Shown here: positions 12,236 through 24,029 of the stretch, piece by piece | How the letters are laid out: each line of letters begins with the position of its first letter | Numbering within the stretch: the first letter of the stretch is position 1 | Assembly: GCF_006345805.1 (NCBI RefSeq) | Contig: NC_043023.1 | Span: 6,634,001-6,698,000 of the forward strand | DNA from: Octopus sinensis | Taxonomy: Eukaryota | Reading direction: 5' to 3' | DNA: 64,000 nucleotides | Made by a program: the position numbers and the translations under genes | The notes under the pieces: generated by a model | Databases searched by the model: none | What the model was told of the DNA's origin: nothing | Seen by the model: only the letters and a program-made list of their open reading frames with translations

Positions 12236-12929
12236 ATATGCATAAAAATTCTGAAGACCTTTTCCAGATATGGGTGCAGCTGGATCAGATTCTGCCAAGA
12301 TGGACATGTCCATGTTATCTTTTTAATGGACTGGGTGTGATGGAATTGGACTTAACCTGAATTACAGGTGAGTACTTCAGATTTTTGTGATTGTAGGAAT
12401 AGGTGAGATGGGAACAGCTGGAGAAGGAATGCCAGTCGTGGCAATCCCATCTTTACAGAACTGTCTGGGACTACTTTTGTCGATGTCCTTCACCTGTTAA
12501 AAACAGTAAGTTGTTATTCGAGGGAGTAACTACATTCTAGTAATTACAATTCATGACCCAACCCTCTATGTGTGCTACACCCAAGTTTAGCCCCACCCAC
12601 TTTTGATAAAACAATTGTAGTCACTACATAAGACACACCCACCTTGTCAATAAATTACCTTTGGCTGCTGTATTTAGGGTAATAGTGGCTGGAATAGAAA
12701 TGGTTTAGATGAGGGTGGCTGGAGTAGGAGTAGCAGATGAAGAGCAAAGCTGGTTAGGGTGAGTGCGTATAGATAGAGCTGGGGAGTTGCTAGGGTGAGA
12801 CAGCCTCATTTTTAAGTGGGAGGAGCATCCCTGTCATCATTTGGCTCAAGATCCACTTAGCTGAAATGAATTACTATGCCCTGGGTTACATGTGACCCAA
12901 GTTCCTACAAGTGGTTATTTGAGAGGGAG

Positions 12930-13945
12930 AGAGTGTTGATTGGATGAAATGGTAGGCATAGCAACCAGATCTTGTACAGAGAGGGTGTGTTTGTCATTAT
13001 TAACCATGGTGAACATGATAAAGTTTCCTCATTTATGAATAATTGTTCAGATGTTAATATGGTGGGCATAGCCTCCACACCTATACAAAGAGGGAAGGAG
13101 GAGTGTCTGTCATTAGTATTCGTGATGGGCGGGGTGAAGTTTCTTCCTTTATGAATAATTGTTGAGATGGTGGGCATAGCCACCAGACTTATACAGGGAG
13201 GAGGAAAGTTAATCTGTTAGAACAAACTATACTGCAGTAGGTAATATGAGAGAACTTCTCATATTGGCTTTTGGTGCAAAATGCCCTTTTTTTTATATCG
13301 CTAGTGGGGAGATAAATCCCTGCTACCTTCAGTGCTGAAACCACCAGATCATGTGATTTCGACCTTCCTTGGTCTTATCAATGATGGACACTCAACTGCT
13401 AGAGATAGTAGTGATGTATCTCCTTATCAGCGATATGTAGATGGACAGTGCCTCTGTCACTAATATATATTTTTTAGAAAGGAGGAGATTGAGTGTTTGT
13501 TATTGTATTGGTGGTGAAATTTGATCCAATCAGGAACAGTCTCTGGTGGTGGGCGTAGCCACAAGACATTTACAAAGAGGGAGAATGCATCATTATTATC
13601 CAGGATGGACATGAACTTTTATAATTTATGAGCAGTTGCTGATATGGTGGGCGTAGCCACAAGACATGTACAAGGAGGGAGAATGTGTCTTCATTACCCA
13701 TGGTGGGCGTGGTGAATTTTCATCATTCATGGACAGTTGTAGATATGGTGGGTGGAGCCACCAGACCTATAAAGAGAGGGAGTGTTTGCCATCATTAGCT
13801 GTGGTGGGTGTGACGAAAAGTGATCACTTATGAATAGCTGATATGGTAGGCGTAGCCATCAAACATATATATATACACAGGGAGGGAGCATGTGTCATTA
13901 TTATCCATGTGGTGGGCATGGCAGCCAGCTAAGTTTCATCATTCT
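12930..13945. repeat. Old degenerate ~120-bp tandem repeat
   Basis: Recurrent atggtgggc(a/g)tagccac...gagggag...tcattatt motif. Confidence 0.6.
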
Positions 13946-13964
13946 TGAATAGTTGTAGCTTGTT

Positions 13965-14150
13965 TAGCCCAAGGTCAACCCTTAATGGGTAAATGTATGA
14001 TCAAAGACAGTCCATTAGTGACCACCTTGTGTTAATTTCAGGCAGTGTTATCCAAATGTGCTCCTTCCTTTTATTGTCTGTCTTAAGACAGTTTAGGGAT
14101 GCAATCTTCAGAGCAGAGGAGGGAGATTTGGCTGCAATTTCTAGGAGGTC
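13965..14150 (-). repeat. Dispersed repeat (agaaatagcagccaaatctccctc...gacctggggctaaacaac family)
   Basis: The reverse complement matches motifs at 49900-50480 and 54040-55460. Confidence 0.55.
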
Positions 14151-14372
14151 AAGCGGCCACATAATAAGCCTCCGTTCAGGAACTGTGGAAGGTGAGTCAG
14201 TCAAACATGGAGGCCTTGGCTGGAGGGCTGCTTTGAAGCGGAGTTGTCCATAAATTGTCTTGGTCTTCATTTTATGTTTGCTGCACTTGTTGTTGTTGTT
14301 GACAATGGAAGCAGCAGCAGCAGCAGCAGCAACGATGAGTCGGTGGGGAGTGAAGGGAGGGGGGGGAAGGCA

Positions 14373-14536
14373 TCAATGTGGCAGGGGAGGTAAATGGGCG
14401 TGTGGGGGGTGTCGGTGGTGATCGTGAGGGTGGTGGTGGTGGTGGTGGTGGTGGTGGGGCCGGTAGAAGGTGGGGGTCATATGTGGATGGGACAAGTTGA
14501 GCTTAGTTTCGCTCAACCGATTCGAATCACCTTTAT
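14373..14536 (-). CDS. Candidate phase-1 last coding exon, His/Pro-rich (DKGDSNRLSETKLNLSHPHMTPTFYRPH9PHDHHRHPPHAHLPPLPH*)
   Basis: Long polypyrimidine tract ttatttttttctttctctttttcctttctttccag ending at 14537. Only the phase-1 frame is open from this acceptor; TGA at 14375-14373. No homology recognised. Confidence 0.4.
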
Positions 14537-14599
14537 CTGGAAAGAAAGGAAAAAGAGAAAGAAAAAAATAAGGGTAACATAAACATCAGAACAATAATA

Positions 14600-15330
14600 G
14601 TAGTAACAAGGGTAGTAGTAGTAGTAGTAATAGTAGTAGTAGTGGTGGTGGTGGTGGTGGTGGTGGTGGTAGTAGTAGTGGCAGCGGTAGCAGTAATAGT
14701 GGTAGTAGTAGTACTAGTGGCGGTGGTGGTGGTGGTTGCGATAGTGGTAGTAGTGGTAGTGGTGATGGTGGTGGTAGCAGTAGTAGTGGTAGGGTGGTAG
14801 TAGTAGTAGTAGTGTTGGTAGTAGTACTAGTGGTAGTTGGATGGTGGTGGTGGTGGTAGTAGTAGTGGTGGTGGTGATTGCGATAGTGGTAGTAGTGGTA
14901 GTGGTGATGGTGGTAGTAGTAGTAGTGGGTGGTGGTGGTAATGGTGGGGGTAGTAGTAGTAGTGTTGGTAGTAGTACTAGTGGTAGTAGAATGGTGGTGG
15001 TGGTAGTAGTAGTGGTGGTGGTGATTGCGATAGTGGTAGTAGTGGTAGTGGTGATGGTGGTAGTAGTAGTAGTGGTGGGGGTGGGGGGTTATGGTGGGGG
15101 TAGTAGTAGTAGTGTTGGTAGTAGTACTAGTGGTAGTAGGATGGTGGTGGGGGTGGTAGTAGTAGTGGTGGTATTATGATGATGTTTGTGGTGGTATTTG
15201 ATGATGGTAGTAGTAGTAGTAGTGGAGGTGGTGATGGATGCAGTGGCAGTACTGGTGGCAGCAATGGTAGTGATAATGGTAGTTTTGGTGGTGGTTATGG
15301 CTTTGGATGTAATGGTTTCGGTGGTGGGAT
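14600..15330. repeat. (GTG/GTA)n with ~150-bp higher-order repeat (about 3 copies)
   Basis: Repeated agtgttggtagtagtactagtggtag...gattgcgatagtgg. Confidence 0.8.
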
Positions 15331-15830
15331 TTGGTAGGGGGGGGGATGATGTCCTGGCTGGTCTTCATCGTCCACTGGTTCCATCTCCCACAAGCTTTCA
15401 GCACTTCTTTCTACAGTGATGGTCATGTAATGCATCCCTACACATCACATGTCCATCACCAACCAACCCAGTCCCCTTTCTTGCACACTGCATCAAATGA
15501 GACCCTGTTTTCTTTTCTCTCCCCACATTCACATTCCACCATTCACGCCCCCAGATATTGCACATCCAGTGGAGCATATCAGCTTCATTCATCATCTCCC
15601 TAGTCCTCGCGTGCCCTCTGCACTCGGGGCCAAAGTCTCACAACCAAGTAGCAATGTCATGGGCCCAGGAGCAGGGAGTGCACGGGTTGCAAGCACACAC
15701 CCTGGGATTTTTTGAAGGGCAATGAAAATGCTTTGAACATCCTCTCGAAAATCTTCTGTTCCAAAATGAACAAGCATAGAAACATTTTTGGATACAATGA
15801 AGTAAAAATATTATTATTTTCTCTTTTATT

Positions 15831-16199
15831 TCTCTTTTACTTGTTTCAGTCATTTGACTGCAGCCATGCTGGAGCACCCGATCCCGGGACTTATTCTTTG
15901 TAAGCCCAGTACTTATTCTATCGGTCTCTTTTGCCGAAGCGCTAAGTGACGGGGACATAAACACACCAGCATCGATTGTCAAGCAATGCTAGGGGGACAA
16001 ACACAGACACACAAACATATACACACACATACATATATATATATATATACATATATACGACAGGCTTCTTTCAGTTTCCATCTACCAAATCCACTCACAA
16101 GGCATTGGTCGGCCCGGGGCTATAGCAGAAGTCCAAGGTGCCACACAGTGGGACTGAACCCAGAACCATGTGGTTGGTTAGCAAGCTACTCCTGCGCCT
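15831..16199 (-). mobile_element. Family A SINE
   Basis: Matches 271-720 with internal deletions. Confidence 0.85.
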
Positions 16200-16204
16200 T
16201 ATTA

Positions 16205-16235
<31 letters not shown>

Positions 16236-16256
16236 TATTATCATTATCATTATTAA

Positions 16257-17125
16257 GGTGGTGAGCTGGCAAAATGCTTAGTGACATTTCACCTGCCTCG
16301 ACTTTGCCTTTCATCCTTACAGGGTCGATTAAATAAGTACCTACTTCTTTACTACCCACAAGGGGCTACACACAGAGGGGACAAACAAGGACAGACAAAC
16401 GGATTAAGGCAATTACATCAACCCTAGTGCGTAACTGTTACTTATTTAATCGACCCCGAAAGGATGAAAGGCAAAGTCGACCTCGGCAGAATTTGAACTC
16501 AGAACGTAGTGGCAGAGGAAATACCTCTAAGCATTTCACCCAGCGTGCTAACGTTTCTGCCAGCTCGCCGCCTTGCAATTAAATAAGTACCAGTTATGCA
16601 CTGGGGTTGATGTAATCGACTTCATCTCCTCCTCCAAGCTGCCCTTGTAGCAAAAATTTGAAATCATTATTATTATTATCGTTTGGGGAGGGGGGTGCCA
16701 GTTGATTAGATCAACCCCAGTATGCAACTGGTACTTTATTTATTGACCCTGAAAGGATGAAAGGCAAAGTTGACCTCAGCTTTTCATCCTTTCGGGGTCG
16801 ATAAATTAAGTACCAGTTGTAAACTGGGGTCGATCTAATTGACTGGCCCCCTTCCCCAAAATTTTGGGCCTTGTGCCCAGAGTAGAAAAGATTATAATTA
16901 TCATCATTAAGGTAACGAGTTGGCAGAATTGTTAGCATGCCAGGCAAAAGGCTTAAAGGTATTTCGTCTATCTTTCAAGTCCCCAGTTCAAATGCCACTG
17001 AGGTAGACTTTACCTTTCATCCTTTCAGAGTCAATAAAATAAATACCAGTTGTGTAATGGGATCAATATAGACTTCTCACAGCCTGGAAACATGCTGATC
17101 TTGTGTCAAAATTTGAAAACATTAT
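16257..17125. mobile_element. Cluster of Nin/Deu-domain SINE copies in both orientations
   Basis: Repeated ctttgcctttcatcctttcggggtcgataaattaagtaccag (Nin-like domain) with tRNA-like head ggtgagctggcagaa...gttctgagttcaaattc. The clearest copy is 16345-16575 on the minus strand. Confidence 0.7.
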
Positions 17126-17350
17126 TATAATTATAATTATTGTAATTAGTACCAAGTGAGAGAGCAGTGCATGCCATCAATGTGACACTGGGGTTCAAAT
17201 ATATGAAGCCCAATATTCCCATCATGACAACCTGTCTGATAAGGGTGCCCCAGGCACATGCATCACAACTATATGTATAGGACATGGTGATCAAGATAAA
17301 TAGTGAATGACCTCTCAAAAGGTCCCTGAATAAGGTTTTTTTTTTTTAAT

Positions 17351-17742
17351 TGTTTCAGTCATTTGACTGTGGTCATGATGGAGCACCACTTTTAGTTGAG
17401 CAAATCGACCCCAGGACTTATTCTTTGCAAGCCTAGTACTTATTCTATCAATCTCTTTTGCCAAACCACGAAGTTATGGGGATGTAAAAACACCAGCATC
17501 AGTTGTCAAGCGATGTTGGGGGGACAATCAGACATACAACAAACATACACACACATATACACACACATACATATATATATATATACGACGGGCTTCTTTC
17601 AGTTTCCGTCTACCAAATCCACTCACAAGGCTTTGGTCGGCCCAAGGCTATAGTAGAAGACACTTGCCCAAGGTGCCACGCAGTGGGACTGAACCTGGAA
17701 CCATGTAAGCAAGCTACTTACCACACAGCTACTCCTGCACCT
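17351..17742 (-). mobile_element. Family A SINE
   Basis: Matches 271-720. Confidence 0.85.
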
Positions 17743-17768
17743 ATATATATATATGTGTGTGTGTGCAT

Positions 17769-18120
17769 GAGTGGCTGTGTGGTAAGACGTCTGCTTCCCA
17801 ACCATGTGGTTTCAGGTTTGTGGCACCCTGGGCAAGTGTCTTCTACTATAGCCTCAGGCCGACTAAAAACCTTGTGAGTGGATTTGGTAGATGGAAACTG
17901 AAAGAAGCCTCTTGTATATATACATATACATATATATACGTGTGTCTTTGTGCCTCCGTTTGTCCACCATCACTACTTCACAACCGGTGTTAGTGTGCTT
18001 ATGTCCCCGTAACCTTTGTTTTAAAAAAAGTCCTGGGGTCGATTCATTTGACTCAAACACTTCAAGGCGGTGCTCCAGCATGGCCACAGTCAAATGACTG
18101 AAATAAGTAAAAGAATAAAA
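17769..18120 (+). mobile_element. Family A SINE (inverted relative to its neighbour)
   Basis: gagtggctgtgtggtaag...gactgaaataagtaaaagaata. Confidence 0.8.
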
Positions 18121-18560
18121 TATTATATATACACACACTTGATGGTGGACAATGGCACCAAACTTCAGAAGCACACGGTGCCACATCAACGTCTTTTCTT
18201 CTGCCAACCCAACGCTCATAAACTGAGGGACATTAAGTAGCTATGTCTAGGAAATGGAAAAACCGCATGGAGGTTCATTCGAGGCGCGCTTCAATCAAGA
18301 GAAAAACTCATAACATTTGAATTAGTTCCTTTGAAACTAAGGGAAAGTAACTCTTCACCAATATATTTATTTTTAAGGAACTGTAGTTATCTCCCCTGCC
18401 GAAAGTTTTTCCTCTCGGGATTATGAATGCTACAATAGTTATAGACGACGCGCCATACGTGACAGTCCCGTCTTTTATCAGACGTATCATAACATGGTTC
18501 TACATCATTCTGTTTAGGATTATGTCCACCGTGCTAAGGATTCTGCCAGCTCACTTTCTT

Positions 18561-18597
<37 letters not shown>

Positions 18598-18784
18598 GTG
18601 TGTGTGTATGTGTTACATATATATTTTTTTTTTTACCTGAAGAAGTGGAACATTGTGAAAATACAAATTTACATATTGTTACCTATGAAGTTACACAAAT
18701 GAAACTGGAATTTTGAATAAACATATCATGGGAACATATGGAGTGAGGAGGACACGAAGTGACCATTAGCTTAATGCTTCTTTA

Positions 18785-18822
<38 letters not shown>

Positions 18823-18823
<1 letters not shown>

Positions 18824-19137
18824 TAAGAAAGTTGGTTTGTGAAAGCACGTGGTTGAATATATAGAAAATAGTAAAAAGTGAAAAAACTACAGAAGGCTTA
18901 AAGGTTAAAAAATATATATATTTGCGTCAATATGTCTGAAGAATATTAAAAAAATTTTTCCTTACAATGACATAGTTTTACTTACGTCGTAAGAAATTTG
19001 AAAAGCTAAACGCGAAACCAGTCTTTCTTCTAAACTGTCATTGTAAGGAAAAAATTTTTTAATATTCTTCAGACATATTGACGCAAATATATATATTTTT
19101 TAACCTTTAAGCCTTCTGTAGTTTTTTCACTTTTTAC

Positions 19138-19148
<11 letters not shown>
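18823..19148. mobile_element. Fold-back element in (TA)n (same family as 40664-40843)
   Basis: Near-perfect arms 18860-18972 and 19036-19148, plus a 5' extension aagaaagttggtttgtgaaagcacgtggttg. Confidence 0.8.
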
Positions 19149-19176
<28 letters not shown>

Positions 19177-19178
<2 letters not shown>

Positions 19179-19470
19179 TAACAATGAGGGTCTTTGCAAC
19201 AAGTTGCTTGACCACATACCAAAAATTTTAGAAATAGCAGCTAGAGGACTGCTATTTCCTTTTACTACAAAAATATGTGTCCACAGACAAAAATATTTGT
19301 AACTCATATATGGCCATATATTTTGGCAACTTGTTGCAAAGACCCTTATTGTTATAAATATATAAACTTTAACCGAATATGGTCCTTTTCCATACCGAAA
19401 TACCATGGGTGAAATTTGTGTATTTATTAAATTAATTATAATTCACCCTTATCTGTAATGGATTATATAT
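19177..19470. mobile_element. Fold-back element with short arms and a 3' extension
   Basis: Arms 19177-19207 and 19326-19356; the extension resembles 63050-63140. Confidence 0.55.
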
Positions 19471-19475
19471 ATTAT

Positions 19476-19517
<42 letters not shown>

Positions 19518-19540
19518 CATATATACATATACATAATACT

Positions 19541-19571
<31 letters not shown>

Positions 19572-19623
19572 CATATATATAATATATATACATATAATAT
19601 ATAACATATACATATATACATTC

Positions 19624-19666
<43 letters not shown>

Positions 19667-19847
19667 ATTATATAATATATACATATATATATATTATAAT
19701 ATATATATATATATATATATACAATATTTAATATATACATGCATATGTATATACATGTTTGTATATTATATATATAAAAATATATACATATATATATATA
19801 CAATATATATGCATATTATATATTATATATATGCACATATATTATAT

Positions 19848-19879
<32 letters not shown>

Positions 19880-20070
19880 ATATAATATATATATATATAT
19901 AGTATATACATAATATGTGCATTTTATATATGTATATATCTATATATATATACATATGTAAATTAAAATAAGGTTGAAAAAATTGAATATTAATTTGATT
20001 AATATCAATTTTGAAACCAGTGGTCTTCCATATTAAAATTTGAAGATTCAGAAAAATTATATTACATACA

Positions 20071-20285
20071 TATATGAGGAATGACCATTACGTGGACATC
20101 CATTATGCTAGATGAAGACCCGCTATGGTCTTACCACTAAGACAGGAACGTTCTCAAGAAAATTTAGCAAATGCCAGAACGTTTGCTAAATTTTTTTGAG
20201 AACATTCCTTTCTTAGTGGTGAGACTATAGTGGATCTACTTCTAGCATAATGGATGTCCATGTAGTGGTCATACCTCTCATATAT
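20071..20285. mobile_element. Fold-back element in (TA)n
   Basis: Arms 20071-20171 and 20182-20285, 10-nt loop. Confidence 0.75.
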
Positions 20286-20711
20286 ATGTAATATATATAT
20301 ATATACACATATGTATATATATGTATATATATATGTGTGAGTGTGTGTATATATATCATCATCATCATTTAACATCTGATTTTCATGTGGCATAGGTTGG
20401 ACAGTTTGACTGGTGGTGGTAATATAGGGGGCAGCACCAGACTCCGTTGTCTGTATATGATAAATATATATATATATATTATAATATATTATATATATAT
20501 ATTATATATATATATACATATACATAGATACATATATACATATGTATACATATTATATTTATATGTATGATATATACATATATACATATATACATATATG
20601 TATATATATATGTATGTGTGTAATATATATATATATATAATATATATATGTGTATAAATATATGTATATAGATATTCATACATACACGTTTATCTGTATG
20701 TGTGTGTTGTG

Positions 20712-20754
<43 letters not shown>

Positions 20755-20807
20755 GCATGCATATATATAATTATATGTATATGCAGATACGCATACATAT
20801 AAATATA

Positions 20808-21695
20808 TATGAGGGGGTACCCAAAAGGAACCAGAATTTTGCAATATCATTTTATTCACCTAGTTTTTCATGTTTAAACTTTTACTGCCTCCAAAGTGTT
20901 CTCCATGTGAAGCAATGCATCAATCCAGCCACGTTTCCCACTCTTTGAAAGCAGTCCTGGAACTCTTGCCTCCGTCATCGCTTTTCTTCACTTCTTCCAC
21001 ATCTGCAAATTCTGTAGCAGCAGCTTCCATCACCAGTGATGGCCTTCTAAACAAAAAAGGCCCAGATCAACTTCCAACTGTTTTTCAGCTCCCGACACAT
21101 ATTCAGAATATTAAAAGCTTTTAATCTTCCGTGAACAACCGAAGCACAATTTTTACTGCTGCTCTTTTCATTTGGAACCCCTCTGTGAAAATTCATAAGC
21201 AGGAGCTCCAGGAAACACCTGTCATATCAGCAAGGTCCTCAACTGTTCAGCAACGGCTCTCGAAGGTCAGTTCATGAATTTTCACGATGCTTTTATTCCT
21301 CCAGGAGGCTGACGGTCGTCCTGATTGCGGTTAGCTTTCAAACAAAAAGTGACCGTTCCTAAACTTGTGTTTAGCTCATGGCAGCATCCTTGTAAGCTTT
21401 TTTGGAGCAGGACAACTGTTTCAGCTGCTGTTTTCCTGAGCAGAAAACTTAATTTCATGGAAGCACAGTGTTCCTTCAATTCAGCCAGTGCAAAAGATCA
21501 ACAGACGGGACAGAAGCACTGCAAAAAAAAAAAAAAAGGAGGCTTTAAGTGGCAGCATGTCTCTTTGGCTGATGTTGCCTGTCAGCAGACGGATGGCTTT
21601 GGTCACATCAAGTGGCTTCTAGTGACAGAAGCCTGAACTACCACGGGTCTGTCCCACAGAGAATGTTTCCAGTTACTTTTGGGTACCTACTCGTA
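20808..21695 (-). mobile_element. Internally deleted mariner element (transposase pseudogene with both TIRs)
   Basis: TIRs tatgagggggtacccaaaaggaaccagaa and (reverse complement) tacgagtaggtacccaaaagtaactggaa with TA ends. Degenerate translation: EHCASMKLSFLLRKTAAETVVLLQ...AITGDGS, then directly to EFQDCFQEW..WLD*CIASHGEHFGG. Confidence 0.8.
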
Positions 21696-21721
21696 TATGA
21701 ATATATATATACATATATATA

Positions 21722-21779
<58 letters not shown>

Positions 21780-21781
21780 TA

Positions 21782-21829
<48 letters not shown>

Positions 21830-21854
21830 TATATATATATATATATAATATAAT

Positions 21855-21936
<82 letters not shown>

Positions 21937-22136
21937 ATATATATAATATATATATATATATGCATATATATATATATATATAATATATGCATGCATATAT
22001 ATATATAATATAATATATATGCATATATACATACACATAATATATACCAAATATATATGCATACTATATATTTTTTATATATATATACACCACACATACC
22101 TTATATGTTTGTGTGTATATATATATATATACATAA

Positions 22137-22184
<48 letters not shown>

Positions 22185-22234
22185 TATTACATAAGTGTAT
22201 TATATATATATATATATATATTATATATACATAA

Positions 22235-22268
<34 letters not shown>

Positions 22269-22648
22269 AGATATATATATATATATACACACACACATTT
22301 TATGCATGCTAAATGATGATGATGATATATATATTATGTATATCAAAGAGCATAGGCTTGAATGTCAAAGACATTCCATCCATCCCAAGTGTCAAAATAA
22401 TACCCCAGCTTGTTGTTCCCCACCTGTCTTCAATCTTTTGTCTTCTGTATATATATATATATATATATAATATATATATATATATCTATACATATTTGTA
22501 TGTGTGTGTATGTATTTGTATTATATATATATACACACACACACATAAAGATATATAAATATTTATGTAAGTATATATATATACATATTGTCTGCATATA
22601 TATACATATGAGCACATACAAATACACGCACACACATACTTCATTTGT

Positions 22649-22978
22649 GTTAACCAGGCTACCAGTGGTTTCATGTTGACAGATATATCTCTCAACAGTT
22701 ATCAAGGCTGACACATGAGACATTGGTGTTTGTCAACATTTTGGATGAAAGCACAGTAAAATCCTGAGGCCATGTGAGATTCTGGAGCAATCAAATACAT
22801 ATATACATATCTTCATAATATGTATATTTGTTTACACCAAAATCTCATGTGAACTCATGTTATTATACCATGTTTTCCTCCAAGATGGAGACATACACAA
22901 ACATTCGACACAACAAGGTTGATAATTGTTAAGGGACATCTCTCCCTCTAACATGAAACCAATGGTTGCCTGGTTAAC
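22649..22978. mobile_element. Diverged fold-back element
   Basis: gttaaccaggctaccagtggtttcatgtt versus aacatgaaaccaatggttgcctggttaac. Confidence 0.55.
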
Positions 22979-23112
22979 TTGCAAATAAAGAATATTTATC
23001 CCAAAATGCAGTGTTGAGAATGCATTCTCACTGTTCAATATTAATGTAAATACACACACACATATGTGTGTGTGTATGTATAGATATAGATATGATATAC
23101 ATATAGATATAC

Positions 23113-23170
<58 letters not shown>

Positions 23171-23359
23171 GTATGTATTTTCCCTTGTTAAGAATTAACA
23201 TGAGAAAATAGATAAATAGTTACTAGGGTAGCAAAAAATCACACAAGTAAAGAGGTTGTAACTCCTTATTGTAAAGGTAGAACCTTCGGGTTTACGTGGA
23301 ATTTTTTGTATAATATATCTATAAACAAATGGAGTTAAACAAATTATTCAAATTCTTTT

Positions 23360-23448
23360 ACTTCCAACACATGTTTCAAAGATTTCACTGATATTATTCC
23401 AAAGGAATAAAATGGTGTAAAACAATGTAATCTTCTCTTCAGGGAAGT
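23360..23448 (-). ncRNA. Second hammerhead motif (antisense arm, slightly mutated)
   Basis: Reverse complement: ACTTCC-CTGAAGA-GAAGATT...AATCTTT-GAAACATGTGTT-GGAAGT (G.U at 10.1/11.1, GUU triplet). Confidence 0.6.
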
Positions 23449-23605
23449 GAAGAACTGAAACTCGTCAATAAGACATTTTCTACAGGCTACTTCTGACGTT
23501 ATATCATATAACATTTTTTCAAACAATATTAATAGCGTTCAGTAAATCACTATACGCATCCATCATTTTCTGTTTAAATGTCTTATTGATGAGTTTCATT
23601 TCTTC

Positions 23606-23694
23606 ATTTCCCTGAAGAGAAGATTACACTGTTTTACACCATTATTTTCCTTTGGAATAATACCAGTGAAATCTTCGAAACATGTGTCGGAAGT
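23606..23694 (+). ncRNA. Minimal type I hammerhead ribozyme motif
   Basis: Stem I ATTTCC/GGAAGT; core CTGAAGA (23612-23618); 13-bp stem II with one mismatch, closed by G-C; GAAAC-ATGT-GT with cleavage triplet GUC (C23688). Confidence 0.7.
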
Positions 23695-23778
23695 AAAAGT
23701 ATTTGAATAACACCTGCGTTTAACTCCATTTATTTATTATATATATATATATATATATATAAACACACATATACTAAC

Positions 23779-23825
<47 letters not shown>

Positions 23826-24029
23826 TATATATATATAATCTGCAGCTAAATAACACAACCAGCAACAGCAACAACCAACATCAAGCAATGCCAACAGGAC
23901 ATCTTCAACAATTAAAGTACTGACAGGCAACTCAATGAGATCTCACGCATGAACAGAGGCAATCTTGAGGCAACAAAGAAATATTCGAAGAAAAACCAAA
24001 TGGAACAAATTTATGTCATGTCAGAAGCA

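Larger units (their letters stand above)
23170..23737. mobile_element. Fold-back element with Penelope-type pseudo-LTR arms, in (TA)n
   Basis: Arms 23321-23478 and 23576-23737; each arm carries a hammerhead motif. Confidence 0.75.

Noticed and set aside
12268-12367. Plus-strand 100-nt exon with CAG|GTGAGT donor
   Set aside because: Stops in all three frames; at most a non-coding exon, with no support.
14000-14160. HEAT-like text LLEIAAKSPSSALKIASLNCLK
   Set aside because: It overlaps a dispersed non-coding repeat also present at 49.9 and 54 kb, so the resemblance is probably coincidental.
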